The notes under the pieces: model-generated
What the model was told of the DNA's origin: nothing
Seen by the model: the letters and a program-made list of their open reading frames with translations, nothing else
Databases searched by the model: none
Shown: one piece after another, positions 28,651 through 37,343 of the stretch
Layout: each line of letters starts with the position of its first letter
How positions within the stretch are numbered: position 1 is the stretch's first letter
Assembly: GCA_030833725.1 (NCBI GenBank)
Contig: JAURGP010000001.1
Span: forward strand, 44,080-108,079
Origin: Candidatus Kapaibacterium sp.
GTDB lineage: Bacteria > Bacteroidota > Ignavibacteria > Kapaibacteriales > Kapaibacteriaceae
Length of the DNA: 64,000 nucleotides
Direction of reading: 5' to 3'
Made by a program: the position numbers and the translations under genes

Positions 28651-29301
28651 ATGTCGGAGCGATTGCTTCCCAAACCCAGTCCGTCGGGCTGGAAGTGGAT
28701 CATGGTTGTCCTGGGAATCTTGGGTACGATAGGCGTAACGCTGTCGCTCATCTTCCGCACATACTCCGACAACAACGACCCATCAGTTCGCGAGCGGAGA
28801 CGAAATGCCGAGCAGGTGAGCTATGCCGTCGTGTTCTCTCAGGTTCCTAGTCGTCGTGCCGAGGCCATCATCGAGGGTATCATCACAGATATTGGCGCCG
28901 ACTCGGCCCGCACAGACCTTGTGATTGGTGCAGCGGCTACTGATCCCTGGAGTAAGTCTATCGCTGACTACCGCATTGCACTCAATACGGCAATGGCAGA
29001 CGCTCCAGATCTTCCGATTGGCAAGCAAACTCTCATTCCGTCGATGGTAGCTGGTTTACTGTTTCAATCGGAAATGCCAGCGCGTCTCTACCTCATCGGT
29101 ACGATTGCCGACACGCTGAATGGTGCAGTGCAGAAGCGGACCCAAGAAACGGCAAAGTCACTGCGATTGCGGAATGCGTCACGGGCGCCAGTCCACGTGA
29201 TCTCATACATGGACACCACGGTGGTACGTAATCGGGAGTACCTACAGGTGCTTCGTGGAATAGGTCTCGACGTTGAACAGCGCGAGATCACTTTGCCGTA
29301 A
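28651..29301 (+). CDS. Hypothetical membrane-anchored protein
   Basis: Single N-terminal TM segment (WKWIMVVLGILGTIGVTLSLIF), 216 aa, no recognisable motif. Its 3' end overlaps the convergent vWA-OmpA gene by 14 nt. Confidence 0.4.
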   Translation: MSERLLPKPSPSGWKWIMVVLGILGTIGVTLSLIFRTYSDNNDPSVRERRRNAEQVSYAVVFSQVPSRRAEAIIEGIITDIGADSARTDLVIGAAATDPWSKSIADYRIALNTAMADAPDLPIGKQTLIPSMVAGLLFQSEMPARLYLIGTIADTLNGAVQKRTQETAKSLRLRNASRAPVHVISYMDTTVVRNREYLQVLRGIGLDVEQREITLP

Positions 29302-30667
29302 TCACGATCTCCGTGCGGCGGTTGAGACGCCGTCCGAATTCCGTGCCATTGGATGCAATGGGCTTACTTGGGCCGAATCCCTGGCTTTCGATACGCTCGG
29401 CAGAGACACCTTTGCGGATGAGGTAGTCGCGCACGCTGTCGGCACGACGTTTCGACAGAGCGTTATTCACGGCCATGGATCCCACGTTGTCCGTATGACC
29501 CTCTACCCGGATGCGTACCGTTGGCCGCTGTTTCATGAACTTGATCAAGACGTCCAGTTCCTCTACGGTATCCGGCAGATCTGCGCTATTGGTCTTGAAG
29601 AGGAGGTTCTCTATGATGAACTTTCTTCCGATTTCTACAATCGGGACCTTTTGCTGGACGAGCTCTCGCTTGTTCTCATCCAGAATGCTCACGTTGATGG
29701 AGTCTTTCTTCAGCGTCGCAGCATCCGACCGGTAGGTGATGGCATACAGGTTGGTGATCTGCGTAGAGTAGTTATCAAGAATCTGGGCGAACGGGTGGTT
29801 GATGTTGTAGAGCGCTCCCTTGGTTCCGCGTGTGAGCTTGGTGTACTCATCCATCTCCGGTCGCACAATACAGAATGTCTTGATCGCCTCACTGTTCATG
29901 AGGCGGATCATAGTGTTGGTTGTGTGGCTCGTTACGCCCGAGCCCCCTTCACCTGATTGATGGTATGGGGCATCCGTCACAAGTACGGCTACGCGATTGG
30001 CAGCGGGACGAAACTTGATACGCTTCAACTCGGCAAGGGCTTCAAGGGCATTCTCCTTTTCATCGAATCCACCGTTGGCCTTCAGGAGCTCCAGCCAATT
30101 GAGAAATGTGGACACGTCATCAATCGGTTGATTGACCGTTTCTACGATGTCCGTAAACGTGATCAATCCCAGGCGGTAGTCGATACCACGCTGTTGCAGG
30201 GAGTTCGTGAAGTTTCGGACATTGGCTTTGATGTCGTTGATGTAGCCCTGCATCGTACCGGTAACGTCCACGAGGAAGATGAAGTCGACTGGAACCTGCG
30301 CGCCTTGCTGAATCTTCGCAATGCTGACAACCTGTTTTTCGATGTTGTTTTCGCGCACGAAGAGATTCTCCGGACGCAAGGTGTCGAGGTTGACATCTGA
30401 ACCAGGATACATCTCGCAGATGAGGGTGATCTGCGGAAATTTGGAGATGTCTACGTTTTGAACGATGATGCGGAGCTGCTTGCCAGGAGCTGTCTTGAAT
30501 TCCGCCTGCTCCGCGTGCAGTTTGATGCGCTCGAGAGAATCCTTTCCGCTCTTGGCGGCAGGACGCTGGGCAGCCAGTGGAACCACCAGTAGCACGGTTA
30601 AAAGCAAGACGGGCCACCCCAAAAAGGGTCGCCCGTTCGATACATGTTGTGCTGATGATGGGGTCAC
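29288..30667 (-). CDS. Secreted von Willebrand factor A domain + OmpA-like C-terminal peptidoglycan-binding domain protein
   Basis: Signal peptide; vWA MIDAS region DFIFLVDVTGTMQGY…; C-terminal OmpA motif …RIRVEGHTDNVGSMAVNNALSKRRADSVRDYL…RRTEIVI. Confidence 0.7.
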   Translation of the reverse strand: MTPSSAQHVSNGRPFLGWPVLLLTVLLVVPLAAQRPAAKSGKDSLERIKLHAEQAEFKTAPGKQLRIIVQNVDISKFPQITLICEMYPGSDVNLDTLRPENLFVRENNIEKQVVSIAKIQQGAQVPVDFIFLVDVTGTMQGYINDIKANVRNFTNSLQQRGIDYRLGLITFTDIVETVNQPIDDVSTFLNWLELLKANGGFDEKENALEALAELKRIKFRPAANRVAVLVTDAPYHQSGEGGSGVTSHTTNTMIRLMNSEAIKTFCIVRPEMDEYTKLTRGTKGALYNINHPFAQILDNYSTQITNLYAITYRSDAATLKKDSINVSILDENKRELVQQKVPIVEIGRKFIIENLLFKTNSADLPDTVEELDVLIKFMKQRPTVRIRVEGHTDNVGSMAVNNALSKRRADSVRDYLIRKGVSAERIESQGFGPSKPIASNGTEFGRRLNRRTEIVITAK

Positions 30668-30695
30668 GTGCGTGATTCCGCTGCATCACTCCGGA

Positions 30696-32213
30696 TTAGA
30701 TGGAGAAGCGAATGACCGGAGAGATCATGAAGAAGCTGTTGAAGTCGAATGGTCGCAGTTCGGTGCGGAGGTTCGTAGCGTACTTTGCTTCGAGATACAG
30801 CCACTGACCAACAATTGGAACGAACACGCGGCCCATAAGTATCTGATTGGCAATCTGTGCCGAAACGCCGAAGGGGCGACCAGCCTGATTGAAGTACTCG
30901 ATCTTGGCATACACCCAGTCCAATGCCTCGGTTGGGTGATACAACTGAATACCACGAGCATCGGAGATCAGGCTGAAAGTGTTCACACCTGGCGTACGTT
31001 GCCACAATGCGGTTTGTTGCACTTCACTGTACACCATGCCCAAGTCGATGCGGAAGAAGTTATCGGGATTCGCGCGGTCCGGCCACCAGTTGTAGAACAG
31101 CGACACGCGACCCGTCCCACGAAGGAGGTAGATGGTGCTATCGGCGTACCGTCCGGTAGGAGGCACGTCGGTCACCAGCGTGTTGTACGGCACGTAGGTT
31201 TCAAGGTTCGATATCTCGGTGCCTTCGCCCAGACCTTGAAGTGGAAGTTCGGCATGGAAACTCAAACCAAACTCTTCCATAGTTGGCACGTTGAAGTCGA
31301 ATCCGGCAACAGCCTTCCCACCAGGACCTGCATCCAGAAGACGTGGTGCAATAAAGTCCAGAATCTGATTGTCGCCCTCGATGCCACCCGTGATGCGGTA
31401 GGCCATGCCGAGCCGAAGAGACAGGATGCTTGGTAGGGCGCGGTTGTTGTTTGGATTCTTGTTGCCGATGGGATTGATGCGCAACGACACGCGTCCTTCA
31501 CCAGACGTCCAGAAGGGCATACCAACCATGTCGGTACCCAGTTCCGATAGGAGCCACACTTGACCAGGACCCTGACCGAGCTTCAGTGCCTGCTCAAAGG
31601 CAGAGATGCTCATTGCATGCGTCTTGGTTGTGGGTTGGAAGAAGTTGACCATCTCGTTGACTTCTTCCTGCGTTGGCATTTCCTTCGGATCGATCGGATA
31701 GAAACAGTACGAGCGTGCTGGTACGTCCAGATCGTATCCCTGTGCATCTGCCTGACCAGAGATCAGGTTGACGAGTCGCTCTGGTACCCGCGTACGGATG
31801 TCCTGGGCGTTCAACGTCACGTAGTCTGGAGCCTGGCCAGGGGCGAGGTCGGCGTTTGCACCTTCGTGGAACGAACCCCATTGAATGAGGAGGATATCGT
31901 ACGGCTTATCCATTTCATCAACGGACTTGGGTGCAGCCGTAATACGGATCTCGCCATTCAGGTTTGCTGGTCTACGTTCGTTGATCGTAAACACATGCTT
32001 GAGCTTCACGGCTATGTCGGGCTCGCACAGCTTCCAGCGCGGGAAGTACGACACGAGGTTTTCGTCGATCGTAGTAAGAGCCTGCATCGCGGCATCGCGC
32101 TTTGCACTGAGTTCTGTACCACCAAGATTGCGCTGTGCCGAAGCAGTTCCGGCAACCAGAGCAAGCAGAACGAACGTTAGAAGTACTGGTGTGCTTTTCA
32201 TTCTCATGTTCAT
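30696..32213 (-). CDS. Hypothetical secreted protein (505 aa)
   Basis: N-terminal signal peptide MKSTPVLLTFVLLALVAGTASAQ; β-rich; no recognisable catalytic motif. Confidence 0.45.
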   Translation of the reverse strand: MNMRMKSTPVLLTFVLLALVAGTASAQRNLGGTELSAKRDAAMQALTTIDENLVSYFPRWKLCEPDIAVKLKHVFTINERRPANLNGEIRITAAPKSVDEMDKPYDILLIQWGSFHEGANADLAPGQAPDYVTLNAQDIRTRVPERLVNLISGQADAQGYDLDVPARSYCFYPIDPKEMPTQEEVNEMVNFFQPTTKTHAMSISAFEQALKLGQGPGQVWLLSELGTDMVGMPFWTSGEGRVSLRINPIGNKNPNNNRALPSILSLRLGMAYRITGGIEGDNQILDFIAPRLLDAGPGGKAVAGFDFNVPTMEEFGLSFHAELPLQGLGEGTEISNLETYVPYNTLVTDVPPTGRYADSTIYLLRGTGRVSLFYNWWPDRANPDNFFRIDLGMVYSEVQQTALWQRTPGVNTFSLISDARGIQLYHPTEALDWVYAKIEYFNQAGRPFGVSAQIANQILMGRVFVPIVGQWLYLEAKYATNLRTELRPFDFNSFFMISPVIRFSI

Positions 32214-32216
32214 GCG

Positions 32217-34301
32217 TTAGAAGTTCCAGACAATGCGCGCTGTGGGAATAAAGACTGTCGACTGCTCCCACGGGCGAGGATCCCGCATTGCAGTCCAGAA
32301 CCATTGCCCTTCCAGACGAAGAGCCAGAAGCGCTGATGATTGAACAATAGGGAACTGGAAGTAGAGGTTGCCACCAAGTGTGCGATCGAAGTAGTTGATC
32401 GAACCCCCAAATGGTGTACGTCCACTTGTACTCATGAATTCAATGCGACCCGAGAAGTCGAAGATCGTCTCACTATCGATCTCTTCGTATAGCACTTCCT
32501 GAGGGTTGAGCGTGTCTTCGCGAGTGGACCACGTCTCGGCGATGTACATCGTTGGGCCCAAACCGAAGCGGAATTGGAATCCCTCATCGATCGACAAGGC
32601 AAACGTGTACTGCAGACGTCCGGTCATCCGAACGAGGTAGTCGTTAGAAGGCGTTGTGGTCAGGAGTTCTGCTAGCGTACCAGGGTGGGTACCGAAGTCT
32701 GACTTCGTCGCGTCGCCAAACACGTAGGAGAATCCAAAGTTGAATACACCACTGTTCTTGAACAGCGACGTGGAGAAGTTCAGGTCGGTTGCGATACCGC
32801 CGTAGGACGGCTGGGTGAAACGACGCGTTGCAAAGTTGCTGGCCGTGTTCGACCAGAGGCCGTTCGGCAGGATCACACCCAACTTCGCGTCACCCAGCGT
32901 ACCATCGCCGTACACGTAGCTTACGGTGGCACGTTCCGACCAGATCGACGGATAGTTGATCTGATCAAGACCATAGCGCAGTTCTACGCCGGATACGGGC
33001 AGGTTCTGGTTGGCGTAGTAGTCTGGTCCAAGGTCAGCAGAGAGTTCTACATCTGCATACTTCCGTTGACCGCTTGCTGACATCACCACAAACTTCAAGT
33101 CCTGGCCAGGAATAGCATCATTCATGATTGCAGCTACACGGTTCTTGTTGTCCGACGATACGGACTTACCGTTGATGGCTGTAATCACGTCCCCTACTTC
33201 CAGTCCAGCAGATTCGGCTGGGCTACCCGGTTCCACCGACACGACCACTTCAGTGTTCGTGCGTTCGCCACCCATTTCCTGAACCTTAAACTCCGTTTCG
33301 GCACCAAGGTATCCGAAGGCATTAGCCAGTTGTGATTCCGACGGTGCGTACCTGCGCCAGCTCACGAGGTCATAGCCCAGGATGATCTCGTTCTCGCGGT
33401 TATACTTGAACGCCTGACCCTGCGACACACGTTGATAGGACTGAATCTCTGACGTTGTAGCGCGCACCTTGGTTTCGTCGCGGAAGTTTTCAAGGGGCTT
33501 TACGATTCCGGTTTCCTGACGCTGCAGGATAATGTTGTCGATTTCTTGGAGGTCCAGCGTGCGGTCGCGGTAGCTACCCTGCTGAACGAGGTCACCCAGA
33601 AACTGATCCATCGAAAAACGCTCATCGAGTTCCGGACGCTGATCTTCGCTCTTGGCGATGAGCGTGCGGAACATCTTCATGTTCATGGTGTAGTCTGCGG
33701 CTGCCTTGTCTTCCAAGGAGCGCTGCAGGTAGATGTCGTCCAGCATCATGGCTTTGTCGAACTGCACACCCTGCAGGTTTGAGGTGAGTTTGCCACCTAC
33801 GCGCTTGGCTGGAAGCAGACCGATGTACACTTGCTGTGAGTTGTTCTTCTTCCGGGTGGTGATCAGGAAGAATGCATCAGGGTTGTTGTCCTCGGCACCC
33901 GAGGCCAGCGACAGCTCTACAGCTTCATCGATGGCAGCATTGTATTCTTCAAACGACACCTCGCCGGAGTTTCGCATCTCCGTGATTTCCTGGTTGTTGT
34001 TCGCCTCGTCGACAAGACTGAGACGATCCCCGGGATTCTTGCTCGCGATGGCGGATAACAATGCCAAGAGCTTAGCGTTCTTGCTTGTGCCAGCAGCAGA
34101 CTTCTTCGTTTCTTCCTTGAAGAACTCACGAAGCTTCGCACTGTAGTCACCGGATACTTCAAGAACCTGAATGTTACTGTACTTGTAGTTCCGGTAGTTC
34201 TGAAGGATTGAGCGCAGGTTGGCATCGTCGGCGTTCATGCGAACGGACGGGACCAGCATCACTGCGATCAGAAGCCCGAAGAGGGCAGCCCGTGGATTCA
34301 T
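32217..34301 (-). CDS. PDZ domain-containing putative outer-membrane β-barrel protein
   Basis: Signal peptide (MNPRAALFGLLIAVMLVPS); central PDZ (…GLEVGDVITAINGKSVSS…); C-terminal β-rich region ending …IVWNF (terminal aromatic typical of OMPs). Confidence 0.5.
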   Translation of the reverse strand: MNPRAALFGLLIAVMLVPSVRMNADDANLRSILQNYRNYKYSNIQVLEVSGDYSAKLREFFKEETKKSAAGTSKNAKLLALLSAIASKNPGDRLSLVDEANNNQEITEMRNSGEVSFEEYNAAIDEAVELSLASGAEDNNPDAFFLITTRKKNNSQQVYIGLLPAKRVGGKLTSNLQGVQFDKAMMLDDIYLQRSLEDKAAADYTMNMKMFRTLIAKSEDQRPELDERFSMDQFLGDLVQQGSYRDRTLDLQEIDNIILQRQETGIVKPLENFRDETKVRATTSEIQSYQRVSQGQAFKYNRENEIILGYDLVSWRRYAPSESQLANAFGYLGAETEFKVQEMGGERTNTEVVVSVEPGSPAESAGLEVGDVITAINGKSVSSDNKNRVAAIMNDAIPGQDLKFVVMSASGQRKYADVELSADLGPDYYANQNLPVSGVELRYGLDQINYPSIWSERATVSYVYGDGTLGDAKLGVILPNGLWSNTASNFATRRFTQPSYGGIATDLNFSTSLFKNSGVFNFGFSYVFGDATKSDFGTHPGTLAELLTTTPSNDYLVRMTGRLQYTFALSIDEGFQFRFGLGPTMYIAETWSTREDTLNPQEVLYEEIDSETIFDFSGRIEFMSTSGRTPFGGSINYFDRTLGGNLYFQFPIVQSSALLALRLEGQWFWTAMRDPRPWEQSTVFIPTARIVWNF

Positions 34302-34368
34302 GTATCGATGTTCCTTAGAAGTAGAAATGTTCTTCACGTACTCGTGCTGCAGGTTCACCTTGCGGTGA

Positions 34369-36672
34369 TTACCGGCGGCGTCCTCCACGGCCACCACGAC
34401 CACTCTTTTCGATCGGCACATTCACCGAAACGCTCACGGGCTTATTGCTCACGCCACGTTGCTGGTTGTTCGGATTCGTGATCGATCCCCGAGCCGTCAA
34501 ACTGATGCTACCCGAAACGGACGTCACGTCGCGGTCGATATCACCACTGATTTCCAGACGCACCCGGTACAAGCCATCGCCTTCTTCACTCACACTGGAG
34601 GAGATCACCGGTGCGGTGATACCACGCAAGGAGTTGCTGTTGACGATGATTTGCGGAGTAGCAATCTTCGCCGAGGCCTCGTTGGTCAAGTTAGTTGGCT
34701 TGGTGATCTTCAGCACACCCGTCACCTCGATCACGCTTCCCGTTTGGTACGCATTAACGTTGGTGAGTTCGCGGGCAATCGTTGGACCTTCCTGCTTCAC
34801 CGGAATGTTGTCGATGTCCAACAGCGTGACCTTTTCGCCCCGTTCGTTCTGCCACAAGAACTGCAGCGAGTAGTTGGTAGCTTCTTCATCAACCTTGACG
34901 GTAGCACCCAAACCGCGCTCTACCACTGGCTGTGATTGCTTGTTCGACTTGATGGCTACGCTATACTGCTTCGCCGGAACGTTACGAACAGCTGCAGCCT
35001 CGGAAGCACCCGTGAGCGCGTTAAAGGTAAGCTGGCTGCCGTAGTTCGCCTCTGCCAAACGTGCTCGCATGTTCTGAACATACGTTGGGCTGGATGGATC
35101 CTCTAGTTGACCCTTGTACACGCGCAGTGTGGCTTGCTGGACATCCTGTTTGCCGGACGTTCGCTGCGTAACACTCACCGTCCACTCACCCTCTGTGAGG
35201 GGCGCTGTGGTGTAGGCTAGCCAGCGATTCGTACCGGCAGCAACTGGCGTGCCTGACGAGGCTACCTGATCACCCGTTCCCTTCCGTTCGAACTGCAGAG
35301 CAATACGCTGGCCCTCCTTCTCCATGTAGCCTTCAGGAGCAGGAGTGGTTGGTAGGGCAGGACCCGTGGAAAGGTAGAAGGCCCCACCCACCCCGGCGTG
35401 GGCATACATGCGGGTGTTGTCGTACTCTACGAATGGGTCAGCCGTAGGAATGTTCGGCTTTACCACGCGAACCGTAAAGCCGAGGCTTGCTTGATTCTGC
35501 GACAGATCGACAAAGCCCCCTGGCTGAAGAATCATATTGATATAGCCATACAGCTTAGCCTCGCGGGCCATGTCGGGCTCATCCTTAAGAATCTCCTGGA
35601 CCCGCGCAGCAATAGCGTCGGCATACTCGCTGCCGCGCATCTGCCCATTCTTGAACTTCTCGGTGGCCTCCTTGACAACTTCATCTGTCATCGTCCGGTC
35701 CAGTTCCTTGAGTACGCTCTTCAGATCCTTGACCTTCAGCTGCACGGTACCAATGTTGATCTTCTCGTCGTCGCTAGCTTCGCTGGGCGCACCATTCGGA
35801 TCTGCCTTGATACCAAGAATCTTGTTGGTGCGTGAGAAGAAATGCAGCTTGTAGATACCGGTCTTTCCTGCCGGCTTGAAACGGGCCATGAAGGAGCGCA
35901 CCTTCAAGTTGGATGGTAGACGGTTGGTGCCAGCCGGATCGACCGTAGCCGGATGGCTGTACTCGAACTGCACCTTACCTTCAGCATTATTCCAGAAGCT
36001 GCGATAGTTGCCCTTTGGTTCATCGAGGGTATACACGGGCGACTCGTCTCGGAACCAGCCCTGTGCTTCCTTGAGACTCAGCGGCACAGAAACGGAGGAT
36101 GTCCACTCTTTGTCGAGAATTGCACGCTGATATCCTTCCAGCGTCCAATTGTTAATCCGTGAACCAACGCCAGCATTACCTGTGGACAACGCTGAGTCAA
36201 TACTACGGTCGCTGGGGAAGGCTGGAACTTCATCGGAGTTGTCATCCGTGTGCCAGATCTGGTAGTAGATCTCACGCACGTTCGACGCCAGTACGAAGTC
36301 CTTCAGACGTTGCTTCTTTTCGTTATCCGACAGACGCTGATCCTTGATCACCTTGGAGAGGTCGTTCATGACGTCTGTGACGCCAACTTCAACCACGTAC
36401 TCGCGATCTTCCTTGATCAGGTTCATGCCAGGGGCACTGGACCACGATGCGTCTTTCAACACGATCTGGTCTTGCGGCCTCGTGCTCAAACCCTCCACAC
36501 CTGTACCCGTTTGCAGCTGCGAGAGGATCGACTGAACGATCTTCATCGACTCCTTCTGCTTAGCGATCAGGTGCTCTTCTGCCTCGTCGCGCTCCACGAT
36601 GATAATGAGGAGCTCGAGGATCACAGCGAGATACAGCACGAAGTATACTTTTCCGGCTCCGCCTTTTGACAT
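34369..36672 (-). CDS. Bitopic inner-membrane protein with large periplasmic domain (767 aa), function unknown
   Basis: Short cytoplasmic N-terminus MSKGGAGK, one TM helix (VYFVLYLAVILELLIIIV), helical then β-rich periplasmic regions, Gly/Arg-rich C-tail (GRGGRGGRRR); good SD (GGAGGT) before the ATG. Overall architecture weakly reminiscent of GldM/PorM- or TolA-like periplasm-spanning proteins. Confidence 0.5.
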   Translation of the reverse strand: MSKGGAGKVYFVLYLAVILELLIIIVERDEAEEHLIAKQKESMKIVQSILSQLQTGTGVEGLSTRPQDQIVLKDASWSSAPGMNLIKEDREYVVEVGVTDVMNDLSKVIKDQRLSDNEKKQRLKDFVLASNVREIYYQIWHTDDNSDEVPAFPSDRSIDSALSTGNAGVGSRINNWTLEGYQRAILDKEWTSSVSVPLSLKEAQGWFRDESPVYTLDEPKGNYRSFWNNAEGKVQFEYSHPATVDPAGTNRLPSNLKVRSFMARFKPAGKTGIYKLHFFSRTNKILGIKADPNGAPSEASDDEKINIGTVQLKVKDLKSVLKELDRTMTDEVVKEATEKFKNGQMRGSEYADAIAARVQEILKDEPDMAREAKLYGYINMILQPGGFVDLSQNQASLGFTVRVVKPNIPTADPFVEYDNTRMYAHAGVGGAFYLSTGPALPTTPAPEGYMEKEGQRIALQFERKGTGDQVASSGTPVAAGTNRWLAYTTAPLTEGEWTVSVTQRTSGKQDVQQATLRVYKGQLEDPSSPTYVQNMRARLAEANYGSQLTFNALTGASEAAAVRNVPAKQYSVAIKSNKQSQPVVERGLGATVKVDEEATNYSLQFLWQNERGEKVTLLDIDNIPVKQEGPTIARELTNVNAYQTGSVIEVTGVLKITKPTNLTNEASAKIATPQIIVNSNSLRGITAPVISSSVSEEGDGLYRVRLEISGDIDRDVTSVSGSISLTARGSITNPNNQQRGVSNKPVSVSVNVPIEKSGRGGRGGRRR

Positions 36673-36728
36673 TGCCTACCTCCTGGCGTTCTAATGTGTT
36701 GCCGATGCTGGGAATCCAGTACCGGCGT

Positions 36729-36764
36729 CTGTCAACGTATCTGTCAACGTATCTGTCAACTTAC
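36729..36764 (-). repeat. Three tandem 12-bp direct repeats, each containing a TTGACA hexamer, 57-92 bp upstream of the 767-aa gene
   Basis: Plus strand ctgtcaacgtat ×2 + ctgtcaacttac; the minus strand reads GTAAGTTGACAG ATACGTTGACAG ATACGTTGACAG. Confidence 0.85.
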
Positions 36765-37123
36765 TTGTTTGGAGTTGCCGTCTTCTCAGCAGCTGGCATG
36801 GACGTCGTGGACGTCATCGCCGTCTTCTTGGCGGTTGACGAGCAGCACGAAGCACCTGCCGACTTACTCTTCTTGGTTACCGTTGATGCTTGAGTTGTTG
36901 CTTCAGCGGTTGATGAACATTCTTCGGTTGTGGAAGCCTTTTTGGCCGCCGGAGTTACCGTTTCCGAAGAAGTTGTTGCAGCTGTGGACGTGGTCGAGCA
37001 GCACGAGGCCGAAGCAGTGCCCTTGCCCTTCTTTGAATCACCACAGGCTGCATTTGCCGTAACTGCCAATACTGCTAGGGACATAGCAGCTACTACAAAG
37101 AGACGCGTTGTTGTTTTCATCAC
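36761..37123 (-). CDS. Small Ser/Thr/Ala-rich putative lipoprotein with paired-Cys (CC) motifs
   Basis: Signal peptide MMKTTTRLFVVAAMSLAVLAVTANAAC (lipobox-like). The mature part is low-complexity S/T/A/K-rich with an internal duplication carrying SCCS motifs (ASASCCSTTSTAATT… / …SAGASCCSSTAKKT…). Confidence 0.45.
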   Translation of the reverse strand: MMKTTTRLFVVAAMSLAVLAVTANAACGDSKKGKGTASASCCSTTSTAATTSSETVTPAAKKASTTEECSSTAEATTQASTVTKKSKSAGASCCSSTAKKTAMTSTTSMPAAEKTATPNK

Positions 37124-37343
37124 AACACCTTGTGTTAATGGTACGATGGCGTATCAAATATCACGCCACAGATGCATGTAAAATAGTTTCCTGCTGCGGC
37201 TTATCCAAAGACTATTCCTCAGGCTATACCTCGGGCTATTCCGCAGACGATTCCTTGCCGTAGCCCTCCATCATAGAGACAGCCCTGCATCTGGTTGAAC
37301 CACATACAGGGCTGAGTGACGTCATGTGATTGGTAGCTGTTTC

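Noticed and set aside
34369-36672. Calling the 767-aa bitopic protein GldM/PorM
   Set aside because: Only the topology and a vague N-terminal resemblance (GG-K…LYL-V TM) support it. The expected neighbours gldK/gldL/gldN are absent, and it is about 250 aa longer than GldM. This is kept as a hypothesis only.
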